Below, one piece after another: positions 42,295-51,103 of a DNA stretch of 64,000 nt. The notes beneath the pieces were generated by a model, which was given only the letters and a program-made list of their open reading frames with translations, ran no database searches and had not been told where the DNA came from. Position 1 is the first letter of the stretch, and the number at the start of each line of letters is the position of its first letter. The position numbers were made by a program, and so were the translations under genes. This stretch comes from an uncultured Planctomycetia bacterium (GTDB lineage: Bacteria > Omnitrophota > Gorgyraeia > 2-02-FULL-51-18): contig CAZXLF010000007.1 in NCBI GenBank assembly GCA_964642015.1, positions 75,964-139,963 on the forward strand, in the 5' to 3' direction.

Positions 42295-42921
42295 ATGAAC
42301 AAGGGACTTCGCTTTTTGATCGCTTCGGGCCCGACGCGGGAGCCTCTAGACCCCGTGAGGTATCTTTCCAATTATTCTACGGGTACTATGGGAAAGTATT
42401 TGGTAAAAGCCGCTAAAGAATCTCACTATCAGGTTGAGTGGGTCGAATGTCCGGAAAACGTAGAGACGGCGGTTGAATTGGAAGCTGAGCTTATGAAGCT
42501 TTTGCCGAAAACTGATGTGTTGGTCATGGCAGCGGCAGTTTGTGATGTAAGGCCTAAGAAATTTTCGGTGTCGAAGATAAAAAAGAAGGATTTAGATTCG
42601 ATCTCTTTTGTGAAGAATCCGGATATTCTCGCGAATCTTTCAAAGGTCAAAAGAAAAGGTCAAGTATTCGTGGGTTTTGCACTTGAATCGGAAGATATTT
42701 TTCAAAACGCATTCAAAAAATTAAGTGATAAAGGTTTGGATCTTATTGTATTGCAAAGAGTTACAAAGAATAAAACGCCGTTTGGAAATAAATCTATCGA
42801 GGCATTCATCCTTAATAAGAAAAAAAATATAGAGCGGCACGGTGAGATCAAGAAAGAGAATCTTGCCAAGCTGATCGTCGAAACGGCGGGAAAGTTGGCT
42901 AGGGAAGCCCATCGCTGCTAA
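42295..42921 (+). CDS. coaB: Phosphopantothenate-cysteine ligase, a stand-alone CoaB
   Basis: Follows coaC; DFP C-terminal-domain pattern (FLIASGPTREPLDPVRYLSNYSTG). Confidence 0.8.
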   Translation: MNKGLRFLIASGPTREPLDPVRYLSNYSTGTMGKYLVKAAKESHYQVEWVECPENVETAVELEAELMKLLPKTDVLVMAAAVCDVRPKKFSVSKIKKKDLDSISFVKNPDILANLSKVKRKGQVFVGFALESEDIFQNAFKKLSDKGLDLIVLQRVTKNKTPFGNKSIEAFILNKKKNIERHGEIKKENLAKLIVETAGKLAREAHRC

Positions 42922-42978
42922 TTAAGAATGAAAATGCGTGACGGAGCACACCCTTTTTTGTTAAATTAAAGGGCTCTT

Positions 42979-43052
42979 GGCGCGATGGCCGAGCAGTTAG
43001 GCAGAGGTCTGCAAAACCTCGTAGACCGGTGCGACTCCGGTTCGCGCCTCCA
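42979..43052 (+). tRNA. tRNA-Cys (GCA), CCA encoded
   Basis: GGCGCGA acceptor, anticodon stem GAGGT/ACCTC with loop CTGCAAA, T-arm ACCGG-TGCGACT-CCGGT, 3' TCGCGCC-T-CCA. 74 nt. Confidence 0.8.
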
Positions 43053-43063
43053 GTTTTACCCTC

Positions 43064-43146
43064 GGGCGAGTGGTGGAATGGCATACACGACAGACTTAAA
43101 ATCTGTTGGGCTTCGGCCCGTGAGGGTTCGACTCCCTCCTCGCCCA
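43064..43146 (+). tRNA. tRNA-Leu (UAA), class II with a long variable arm, no encoded CCA
   Basis: Acceptor GGGCGAG/CTCGCCC, anticodon stem ACAGA/TCTGT with loop CTTAAAA, variable hairpin GGGCTTCGGCCC, T-arm GAGGG-TTCGACT-CCCTC. Confidence 0.8.
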
Positions 43147-43169
43147 GGTTGTTTTTTGAAAATAGCTGG

Positions 43170-43305
43170 GTCTTAGGGAGTCGAACAAGAGCGACGCGCT
43201 GCCAGTGGCAGAAAAGCCGACTCTTCGGCGTCAGCGTCGCGAATGCCCGACCCGGAGCTGAGACCTTTAGATCTCGGCGAAGGGCGGTCGACTCCTCGCC
43301 CAGGA
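43170..43305 (+). ncRNA. Unclassified structured RNA element, copy 1 (paralogue of 43950..44062)
   Basis: Shares CTGCCAGTGGCAGAAAAGC, GTCAG, CCGACCCG and a CCTTTAGA loop with copy 2, with compensatory stem changes. Ends about 13 nt before the downstream ORF. Confidence 0.6.
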
Positions 43306-43317
43306 TTTAGGAATTTT

Positions 43318-43698
43318 ATGTTTAAAAATATAGCGAATTTTTCATATCGCAGAAACGGCAAAGAAGCGTTTGGTTTCTATTTAGCGTATCTTTTTTTTAC
43401 TATGTTATTGGGAGGTTTAGCAGGAGGAATTTACGAAATAATCCATAGGAGTTCAATTCGGAGTTTAAATTTTAAAGAAGGTTTCGTAGAAGGATTTAAA
43501 GCAGGTATACCGATTGGGCATTTAGCATCAGTTTTATTTCTTATTGTTTTATCTATCATAATCTTAAAGCAGAAGCGTTTATTAAGACATTACGGTTTTT
43601 TGGTTTTGGCAATAGGCTCTGGAATAGCAACAATTTTAATAGGTTCTATTGTTGGTTTGATTCCTCTCGCTTTTTTGACAACGCGGGAAAACAAATAG
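43318..43698 (+). CDS. Small (126-aa) 3-4-TM membrane protein of unknown function
   Basis: ATG 43318 with AGGA 7 nt upstream; hydrophobic helices. The track's longer start 43243 would overlap the RNA element. Confidence 0.5.
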   Translation: MFKNIANFSYRRNGKEAFGFYLAYLFFTMLLGGLAGGIYEIIHRSSIRSLNFKEGFVEGFKAGIPIGHLASVLFLIVLSIIILKQKRLLRHYGFLVLAIGSGIATILIGSIVGLIPLAFLTTRENK

Positions 43699-43837
43699 GG
43701 CAATCATCTTCCCCTCGGTGTAAAAGTGGGGAGGATTTGTCCGCGCGAAAAGATGCGCGGCGAACAGTTGCCGCTAGATTGAAAAATTGGCGGCTGCCTT
43801 CGCTAATTGCGGGGTGCAGGTTCAAAAAATAGTTTTA

Positions 43838-43914
<77 letters not shown>

Positions 43915-43949
43915 TATATTGTTCTTTTTTAAACACGAGTGAATAGGCA

Positions 43950-44062
43950 ATACGGGACTCGAGGGAGCGCGCCGCTGCCAGTGGCAGAAAAGCGAATTCT
44001 TTCGCGTCAGGCGCGCGAGTGGCCGACCCGTAGCGGTGGACCTTTAGATTCGCCGCGCCCAT
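43950..44062 (+). ncRNA. Unclassified structured RNA element, copy 2
   Basis: See copy 1. Lies between tRNA-Val and the TIR gene. Confidence 0.6.
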
Positions 44063-44084
44063 TAGACAAAATACTTAACGTGTT

Positions 44085-44750
44085 ATGGCGGTATTGGTTT
44101 TAATGAAAATTTTTCTTAGCTATTCAGGAGAGAATAAACTTTTAGCCGGTCGCATAAAGAGAGCGCTAGAAGAATTTGATGACATAGAGTGTTTCGTTGC
44201 TCATGACGATATTAAGTCTGGAAGTAAATGGGAAGATAAAATATTGGAAAACTTGAAACAAGCGGATTATTTCATGCCTCTTCAAACACAAGAACTATCC
44301 GATTCTTTTTGGTGTCAACAAGAAGCAGGGATTGCAATTGCACTAGAAACTCAAATAGTTCCTCTAATTCCAGATAAAGGAGGGATAGATCCTGTTGGCT
44401 TTTATTCTAGATATCAAGGAGCAAGAATTAATATAGATGATCTTCGTCCTTCAATTAGGAGATTACTTATTCAGCAAGAAATAATTGAAGCTGATAATGT
44501 TGCGGAAGAATTAGAGACTCATTTGCTTATATTTGAAAGATCGAACACATGGGCAGAAGCTTCAGAAAATTTTGACACTTTGATTAAATACGAAGATAAA
44601 TTTTCAAAAGGTCAAATTAAGCGAATAGCGCAAGCGGTGGTCGACAATAATCAAATTCGTGACTCGTACTCCGCACAATTTAAAATAAAAAGGTTTATTA
44701 AAAAACATGCTCAGTTGATTCCCAGAGATCAACTAGAGCAGATTTTATAA
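44085..44750 (+). CDS. TIR-domain protein (N-terminal TIR of about 140 aa plus an about 80-aa C-terminal region of unknown function); alternative start 44103
   Basis: KIFLSYSGENK...A..I...L......CFVAHDDIKSGSKWEDKILENLKQADYFMPLQTQELSDSFWCQQEAG matches the bacterial TIR pattern (FxSYS, D-x-G-x-W, WC-x-x-E). Confidence 0.65.
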   Translation: MAVLVLMKIFLSYSGENKLLAGRIKRALEEFDDIECFVAHDDIKSGSKWEDKILENLKQADYFMPLQTQELSDSFWCQQEAGIAIALETQIVPLIPDKGGIDPVGFYSRYQGARINIDDLRPSIRRLLIQQEIIEADNVAEELETHLLIFERSNTWAEASENFDTLIKYEDKFSKGQIKRIAQAVVDNNQIRDSYSAQFKIKRFIKKHAQLIPRDQLEQIL

Positions 44751-44753
44751 TTT

Positions 44754-46493
44754 ATGAGCAAAGTAGTCGAACAATATACTGATTTAGATAAACTCCGCCA
44801 TAGCTGTGCACATGTACTTGCGCAAGCGGTGAAGCGGAAATATCCGTCCGCAAAGTTAGGTTTCGGTCCACCGGTCGAAGAAGGATTTTATTATGACATT
44901 GAGCTTCCGCAATCATTGACCGATGAAGATCTGAAAGATATCGAAGCTGAGATGGAAAAAGTGGTCAAGGCAAATTATAAGTTCGAAAAAAAAGTTGTTT
45001 CGCCGAATGAAGCGAGAAAAATTTTTAAAGAGAAGAACGAGACTTTTAAAGTGGAAACGATCGATCAACTCGAAGGAGTAGAGGAAATTTCTATCGTCGT
45101 CGATGGTGATTTTACCGACCTTTGCAAATATCCGCATGCGCATTCGACGGGCGAGATCAAAGCATTTAAATTGACGAGTATCGCGGGCGCTTATTGGAAA
45201 GGCATCGAAACAAATCCTGTGATGCAGAGGATCTATGGCACTGCGTTTTTTTCTAAGAAAGAACTCGACGATTATTTGAAAATGCTCGATGAAGCCAAGA
45301 AACGCGATCATCGCAAGCTCGGCAAGGAATTGGGTTTTTTTATGTTCACACCGCTTGCGGCGGCATCGCCCATTTTCAAACCCAAGGGCACAGTGATCTA
45401 TAATTTGCTTCAAGATTATATTCGAAGCATCTACCGTCGCGAAGGCTATCAAGAGGTGATCACGCCGCAGATCTTTGACGTGGAACTTTGGAAAAAATCG
45501 GGCCACTATGAAAAATACAAGGACAACATGTATTTCACGCATGTCGAAGGCAAAGAATGTGCGGTGAAACCCATGAATTGCCCGAGCCACACGCTCATTT
45601 ATTCATCGGAACTTCGTTCGTACCGAGATTTACCGGTTCGAATTGCAGATTTTGGCCGTTTGCATCGCTTTGAACGTTCAGGTGTGACTTCAGGCCTGAC
45701 ACGCGTGCGCACGTTTTCACAGGACGATGCTCATATTTTTTGTACTGAAGACCAGATTGGACCTGAGATCGCGGGAGTGTGCCGCATGATCCGTGAAGTT
45801 TACGGGACTTTTGGTTTTCAAGAGCCCAAAGTATTTTTATCAACACGTCCGGAGCGCAAAGTCGGCTCCGAGGCTACGTGGGACAAGGCCGAGGCAGCGC
45901 TGGAAGCGGCTGTGAAATCCAACGGCCTGAAATATACGGTCAACGCCGGCGACGGCGCGTTTTACGGACCGAAGATCGATTTTATCGTGCAAGATGCGCT
46001 TGGACGCGATTGGCAATTAGGAACGATCCAGCTGGATTTCAATATGCCGGAGCGTTTTGAACTTGAGTATAGAAATGCGGACGGCGGTGTTTCTCGTCCG
46101 GTCATGATACATCGGGCGGTTCTGGGGTCGCTGGAGCGTTTCATCGGGATCCTCATTGAGCATTATGGCGGTGCTTTTCCATTTTGGCTTTCACCGGCGC
46201 AGATTTGTATTATTCCGGTGGCTCAGGCACATGAAGAGTATGCGAAAAAAGTTTCTAAGGAGTTTGAAAAGGAAGATTTCCGTGTTGAGACCAAACCGTC
46301 GAACGATACGCTAGGTTCGAGAATACGTGACGCGCAGAAAGAAAAGATCCCTTATATGATCATTTTAGGGGATAAGGAAATTCAAGCGGAAAAGATCGCG
46401 GTCAGGTCCCGCTCCAAAGGGGATCTTGGCCAGACCTCGCTTTCCGAATTTGTACGGAAGGTGAAAGAAGAAACAAACAACAGAACCATATAA
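44754..46493 (+). CDS. thrS: Threonyl-tRNA synthetase (lacks the N-terminal TGS domain)
   Basis: Editing-domain HSCAHVLAQA at the N-terminus, class II catalytic core, anticodon-binding domain. 579 aa. Confidence 0.9.
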   Translation: MSKVVEQYTDLDKLRHSCAHVLAQAVKRKYPSAKLGFGPPVEEGFYYDIELPQSLTDEDLKDIEAEMEKVVKANYKFEKKVVSPNEARKIFKEKNETFKVETIDQLEGVEEISIVVDGDFTDLCKYPHAHSTGEIKAFKLTSIAGAYWKGIETNPVMQRIYGTAFFSKKELDDYLKMLDEAKKRDHRKLGKELGFFMFTPLAAASPIFKPKGTVIYNLLQDYIRSIYRREGYQEVITPQIFDVELWKKSGHYEKYKDNMYFTHVEGKECAVKPMNCPSHTLIYSSELRSYRDLPVRIADFGRLHRFERSGVTSGLTRVRTFSQDDAHIFCTEDQIGPEIAGVCRMIREVYGTFGFQEPKVFLSTRPERKVGSEATWDKAEAALEAAVKSNGLKYTVNAGDGAFYGPKIDFIVQDALGRDWQLGTIQLDFNMPERFELEYRNADGGVSRPVMIHRAVLGSLERFIGILIEHYGGAFPFWLSPAQICIIPVAQAHEEYAKKVSKEFEKEDFRVETKPSNDTLGSRIRDAQKEKIPYMIILGDKEIQAEKIAVRSRSKGDLGQTSLSEFVRKVKEETNNRTI

Positions 46494-46510
46494 CAAAAGG
46501 AGGAGTATTT

Positions 46511-47020
46511 ATTCCAAAAATTCACACACGTATCAATGAGGGGATCCGCGTACCCCAAGTTCGCCTGATCGATGCGGACGGAAATCAAGCGGGAGTCGTA
46601 GCCATCGGTGAGGCGCTTCGGATGGCCAAAGATGCGGAACTGGATCTCGTGGAAGTGGCGGCACAGGCTTCACCGCCGGTTTGCCGGATCATGGATTTCA
46701 GCAAATTCAAATACGACCAGGAAAAGAAGGAAAAAGAAGCACGAAAAAAACAAAAAGTCATTCACCTGAAAGAAATAAAATTTCATCCGTTCATCGAAGA
46801 GAACGATTATCAGGTAAAATTTCACAGCCTGGAAAGATTTCTTAAGCAGGGTGACAAAGCAAAGATCACCATGGTATTTCGCGGACGCGAGATGAATTAT
46901 GTATCAACGGGCCGTAAAGTTTTGGAGCGGCTGTCGCAGGATATCGCGCCGCTTGGGGAAGTGGAAAAGGCCCCTTTCATGGAAGGCAAAATGATCACGA
47001 TGATCATCATGCCAAAATAA
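46511..47020 (+). CDS. infC: Translation initiation factor IF-3, ATT start
   Basis: The frame is open upstream of the track's Met. AAAGGAGGAG SD, then ATT at 46511. Translation IPKIHTRINEGIRVPQVRLIDADGNQ... is typical of IF-3. An AUU start is classic for infC. Confidence 0.65.
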   Translation: MPKIHTRINEGIRVPQVRLIDADGNQAGVVAIGEALRMAKDAELDLVEVAAQASPPVCRIMDFSKFKYDQEKKEKEARKKQKVIHLKEIKFHPFIEENDYQVKFHSLERFLKQGDKAKITMVFRGREMNYVSTGRKVLERLSQDIAPLGEVEKAPFMEGKMITMIIMPK

Positions 47021-47037
47021 AAACGAGGAAGACTTAA

Positions 47038-47235
47038 ATGCCTAAATTAAAAACGAATAAATCAGTTCATAAAAGGATCCGAGTCACGAAGAGCGGAAAA
47101 TTCAAGAAAATGCGCGCGGGGAAAAGGCATCTATTACAGAGCAAATCCTCCAAACGCAAAAGGCACCTGAGGGAAAGTGACCTCGTAAGCGGTGCGATGG
47201 AAAAACAGTTGAGGAGGTTATTACCCTATGCCTAA
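47038..47235 (+). CDS. rpmI: 50S ribosomal protein L35
   Basis: 65 aa, Lys/Arg-rich (MPKLKTNKSVHKRIRVTKSGK). Confidence 0.9.
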   Translation: MPKLKTNKSVHKRIRVTKSGKFKKMRAGKRHLLQSKSSKRKRHLRESDLVSGAMEKQLRRLLPYA

Positions 47236-47578
47236 GTCTAAACATGTGCCGACCGGGAGAGCCCGCCGCCGCAAATTTTTAAAGCGCGCGAAGGGTTATG
47301 TCGGAGGCCGAAGAAAACTTTATCGTACCGCGCGTGAGACGGTCCAGCGTGCGTTGATGTTCGGCACGCGCGACCGCCGTGATACGAAGTCGGTATTCCG
47401 AAAGATCTGGATTACGCGTATTTCAGCGGGAGCCCAAGCGAACGGGATCACCTATAGCCGTTTGATAGGCGGCCTTAAAAAAGCCAAGATCGAGCTCGAT
47501 CGCAAAGTATTGGCTGATCTTGCACACAATGACAAGAAAGTGTTTACGGAACTGGTCAATATCGCGAAGGGGAAGTGA
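47228..47578 (+). CDS. rplT: 50S ribosomal protein L20
   Basis: 116 aa; RARRRKFLKRAKGY. Confidence 0.9.
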   Translation: MPKSKHVPTGRARRRKFLKRAKGYVGGRRKLYRTARETVQRALMFGTRDRRDTKSVFRKIWITRISAGAQANGITYSRLIGGLKKAKIELDRKVLADLAHNDKKVFTELVNIAKGK

Positions 47579-47589
47579 CTCACCCTAGC

Positions 47590-47662
47590 CCTCTCTTTAA
47601 ATAAAGAGAGGGGAAGTGTCGCATTTTTCCCCTCTTTATTTAAGAGGGGAGTAAGGGGAGTG
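47590..47662 (+). terminator. Two tandem GC hairpins between rplT and pheS (terminator or attenuator-like)
   Basis: CCCTCTCTTT-aaat-AAAGAGAGGG then gcattttt, then CCCCTCTT-tattt-AAGAGGGG. The 3' arm of hairpin 1 can alternatively pair with the 5' arm of hairpin 2. Confidence 0.5.
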
Positions 47663-47675
47663 TAGGAAGAGATCA

Positions 47676-48659
47676 ATGATCGAAGCCCTCAAACAACTTG
47701 AAGTTGAAGCGCGAAACGAGATTGCTCTTATTTCCGATTTTCAGCAAATCGAGGCGCTCAAGGTCAAATATTTAGGAAGAAAAGGCCTTTTTGCTTCGGT
47801 TTCAGGGAGGATAGGCGAACTTTCCCAGGAAGAAAAGAAACTTGCCGGGCAGGAGATGAACCGTGTGAAACGCCTGCTCGAAGAGCTTTTCTCCAACACC
47901 GAAAACACGTTCAAATCCCAGCCCGCTTCTTCCGCAAAAAGGATCGATACGACGATGCCGGGCACATTTTATGCGCCTGGAAGCCTTCACCCTCTGACAC
48001 AGGTCATCCTTGATGTTACAAGAATATTCGAATGTCTCGGATTCACAGTCGTGGACGGTCCGGAAGTCGAGACTGAGTATTATAATTTTGAAGCGCTGAA
48101 TATTCCTTTAAATCATCCGGCACGCGACGGTTTTGACACGTTTTATCTTCAAAACGGCCGGCTTTTGCGCAGCCAGACTTCTACAGTGCAGATCCGTGTC
48201 ATGGAAAAAGCTAAACCCCCGCTTAAGATCATCGCTCCGGGAAAAGTCTATCGTCCTGATGCGACCGATGCGACGCATTCTTTCATGTTCCATCAGATCG
48301 AAGGTCTGATGGTCGATGAAAACACAAGCTTCGCGGATCTAAAAGGTGTGCTTCTATCCTTCGCGAAGGAATTTTTCGGCCCGAAGACCAAACTCCGTTT
48401 TCGTCCGCATTTTTTTCCTTTTACCGAACCCAGTGCTGAGGTGGATATTTTCTGGGAAACAAAAGGAGCGTGGCTTGAGATCCTGGGAGCCGGCATGGTC
48501 CACCCGAATGTTTTGAAAGCCACCAACATCGACCTCAAAAAATACACAGGGTTTGCGTTCGGCATGGGTGTCGAACGTATCGCGATGCTGAAATACGGCG
48601 TGAATGACATACGGCAATTTTTTGAGAACGATGTCCGTTTCTTGAGGCAATTTGAATGA
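47676..48659 (+). CDS. pheS: Phenylalanyl-tRNA synthetase alpha subunit
   Basis: 327 aa; class II motifs (FRPHFFPFTEPS, GFAFGMGVERIAML). Confidence 0.9.
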   Translation: MIEALKQLEVEARNEIALISDFQQIEALKVKYLGRKGLFASVSGRIGELSQEEKKLAGQEMNRVKRLLEELFSNTENTFKSQPASSAKRIDTTMPGTFYAPGSLHPLTQVILDVTRIFECLGFTVVDGPEVETEYYNFEALNIPLNHPARDGFDTFYLQNGRLLRSQTSTVQIRVMEKAKPPLKIIAPGKVYRPDATDATHSFMFHQIEGLMVDENTSFADLKGVLLSFAKEFFGPKTKLRFRPHFFPFTEPSAEVDIFWETKGAWLEILGAGMVHPNVLKATNIDLKKYTGFAFGMGVERIAMLKYGVNDIRQFFENDVRFLRQFE

Positions 48660-48780
48660 CCCCACCACCACCTTTTTTGCGCTATGCCAGCAGTAGGAAA
48701 TCTAAAATGATTTTAGTGCCGCGCAAGGATTCGCAACAAGCGAATCCACAAATCCTTTGGATTTTAAAGGAGGTGGTGGG

Positions 48781-50817
48781 GTGAAACTTCCCGTTTCCTG
48801 GTTAAATAAATATCTCAGTGTTTCATGGACACCTGAAAGGTTGGCAGAGGCGCTGACTTTGTCAGGCACGAAAGTCGAACACATCGATAAAAAATCGGGC
48901 GATGCAATACTTGAGATAGAGATAACCACCAATCGTCCGGATTGTTTGAGTATTCTCGGCCTTGCCCAGGAAGTAGCTGTTCTTTCAGGAAAGAAAATAA
49001 AATTTCCTAAAATACCATCAGACAAAAAAAGTTCAGAAAAAGCTTCTTTCGAGATCCTCGTCGAGGATAAAAACGGATGCCCCAAATACACAGCGCGTCT
49101 GATAAAAAATGTCGTCATCAAACCAGCGCCGTCGGATGTGCAGAAGTGTTTGGAATCTATGGGCTCGCGCCCGATCAACAATGCGGTTGATGCGACGAAT
49201 TTCGTTCTGTTTGAAATGGGCCAACCGCTGCATGCGTTCGATTATGACAAGCTTATCGGCGGAAAGATCATTGTCCGCAGAGCCAAAAAAGGCGAAAAAT
49301 TCCTGGGCATTGACGGTGTCGAATACACTTTGGATGAAAAAGTGCTTGTGATCGCTGACGCCGAACGTGCTGTAGCGATCGCCGGCGTGATGGGAGGAAA
49401 ACTGACGGAAGTTACGGATAGCACTAAAAATATTCTTCTCGAATCAGCGTATTTTGATCCGGGACTCGTAAGGCAGGCATCGAGAAGATACAAATTATCC
49501 ACTGAATCCAGCTACCGTTTTGAGCGCGGAGTCAATTTTGAAAATGTTTCTCTTGCTTCCGCCAGAACAGCCGATCTTATAAAGGAATGGTCGGGAGGAT
49601 CGCAATCGGGACCGTTTGTGGAAAAAAGTGCATTTAAGGAAAAGAAGCCGGCATCCGTATTGGTATCTTTTGATTTGATCGACAAGCTTATAGGTTTAAA
49701 AATCTCGCCGTCCAAGATTTTATCGATCCTCAAGACATTGGGGTTTCAAGTCAAACCCAAAGGCAAAACGGGTATATTTGTAACTCCGCCTTCTTCGCGC
49801 GCGGATATTTGTCTTGAAGCGGATATTGTGGAAGAAATTTTACGTGTCGAAGGTTTCGACAAAGTTCCGTCTGCACTTCCGATTACGCGTCATTCAGATA
49901 CGGCCATTCGAGATCCGAAAGCTTCTGGTGTTTTGGAGCTCAAAAAATATTTATCCAACATTGGATTTAGTGAGATCATTACCTATAGTCTTCTGCCGGA
50001 AAGATTGCTTCTCAATGCTTCATTCACGGAACTTGGTCGCGCTCAAAAAATAGCCAATGCGCTCAGTGCCGAGCAGGAATATCTAAGACCTTTGCTTTTG
50101 CCGGGGATGCTTCAAAGCATTCTTTATAATGTTCATCGCAAAGCCGCCTCATTAAAATTATTTGAGATCGGCAATCGCTATGTTGACGGCCGAGAGGAAA
50201 CGGTCTTGGCGATATCGCTTTATGGAAATTCGGAGGAAAATTGGCTTCGAAAAAATCCTGCTTCATTCTATGAATTAAAAGGGATCACGGAAAATATTTT
50301 AAATTTTCTGCATGTTAAGGAATACGCATGGAAAGAAAACGAACCTTGTCCAAAGTATGAAAATTCAAGCACGTTGAATTTAAATGAAAAAAAGATAGGA
50401 ACCCTCGGATTAATCAATCAGAATATTTTGAAAAATTGGGATATTCCGCATGCAATGATCTACGCGGAATATGTGCTGGAAAATTTGTTTAAAAATTCTT
50501 CCGCGCGCGAGTCTATCCGGGTCAGATCTTTGCCTAAATTTCCTCTCGTAAGGCGCGATATCGCTTTTGTGATCGATGAAAAGGTATCAGTTCAATCCAT
50601 TCAAAAGGTGATGAAAGATGCCGCGCTTCCTTATCTTTCGGACATACAGCTTTTTGATCAATATACCGGTAAAAATATAGCGTCAGGCAAGCGCAGTCTG
50701 GCTTTTTCTCTGGCTTATCAGAAGGAAACATCCACTTTTACCGATGAAGAGATCAATGCACTCCAATCCAAAGTCAGCGATGCGCTGAAAAGCGCATATC
50801 ATGTGGAATTGCGATGA
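48781..50817 (+). CDS. pheT: Phenylalanyl-tRNA synthetase beta subunit (short form); GTG start after the AAAGGAGG SD
   Basis: B3/4 and B5 domains and FDX-ACB C-terminus. The track's TTG 48757 lies inside the SD. Confidence 0.85.
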   Translation: MKLPVSWLNKYLSVSWTPERLAEALTLSGTKVEHIDKKSGDAILEIEITTNRPDCLSILGLAQEVAVLSGKKIKFPKIPSDKKSSEKASFEILVEDKNGCPKYTARLIKNVVIKPAPSDVQKCLESMGSRPINNAVDATNFVLFEMGQPLHAFDYDKLIGGKIIVRRAKKGEKFLGIDGVEYTLDEKVLVIADAERAVAIAGVMGGKLTEVTDSTKNILLESAYFDPGLVRQASRRYKLSTESSYRFERGVNFENVSLASARTADLIKEWSGGSQSGPFVEKSAFKEKKPASVLVSFDLIDKLIGLKISPSKILSILKTLGFQVKPKGKTGIFVTPPSSRADICLEADIVEEILRVEGFDKVPSALPITRHSDTAIRDPKASGVLELKKYLSNIGFSEIITYSLLPERLLLNASFTELGRAQKIANALSAEQEYLRPLLLPGMLQSILYNVHRKAASLKLFEIGNRYVDGREETVLAISLYGNSEENWLRKNPASFYELKGITENILNFLHVKEYAWKENEPCPKYENSSTLNLNEKKIGTLGLINQNILKNWDIPHAMIYAEYVLENLFKNSSARESIRVRSLPKFPLVRRDIAFVIDEKVSVQSIQKVMKDAALPYLSDIQLFDQYTGKNIASGKRSLAFSLAYQKETSTFTDEEINALQSKVSDALKSAYHVELR

Positions 50818-51074
50818 GCGATTGGATCCAAAAGGTCGGAACAGTCGCAGGAGTTGCTTTACCTCTTTTTAATATCCCTCTTATTATCAAGCTTCGTAAA
50901 AGAAAGAGCTCACAGGATTTGAGTTTGTCATGGGCCATCGGTGTATGGGTCTGTATTGTGTTGATGACACCGCAGGCTTTGAGGTCCGAGGACATCGCGT
51001 TCAAATCGTACGGCGTTGTAAATATTATTTTTTTCAGCATTGTCGTCTTTTTTGTATTAAAATACCGTAAGTAA
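50814..51074 (+). CDS. Small 3-TM membrane protein, possibly PQ-loop/SemiSWEET-like
   Basis: 86 aa, 3 TM; a PQ dipeptide and a K-x-SSQDLS segment after TM1 loosely resemble PQ-loop repeats. Confidence 0.35.
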   Translation: MSDWIQKVGTVAGVALPLFNIPLIIKLRKRKSSQDLSLSWAIGVWVCIVLMTPQALRSEDIAFKSYGVVNIIFFSIVVFFVLKYRK

Positions 51075-51103
51075 GAATTTCCAGCCAAACGCGGAGGGTC
51101 TTT

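Noticed and set aside
43243-43317. Longer start (43243) for the small membrane protein
   Set aside because: It would translate the 3' part of the structured RNA element. ATG 43318 has an AGGA SD, and the hydrophobic protein begins there.
43029-43361. Plus ORF 43029..43310 and minus ORF 43173..43361
   Set aside because: They run through tRNA-Cys, tRNA-Leu and the structured RNA copy 1; Pro/Arg/Ser-rich products are typical of GC-rich RNA genes read as protein.
48757-48780. TTG start for pheT at 48757
   Set aside because: The codon lies inside the AAAGGAGGTGG Shine-Dalgarno sequence. GTG at 48781 has correct spacing.
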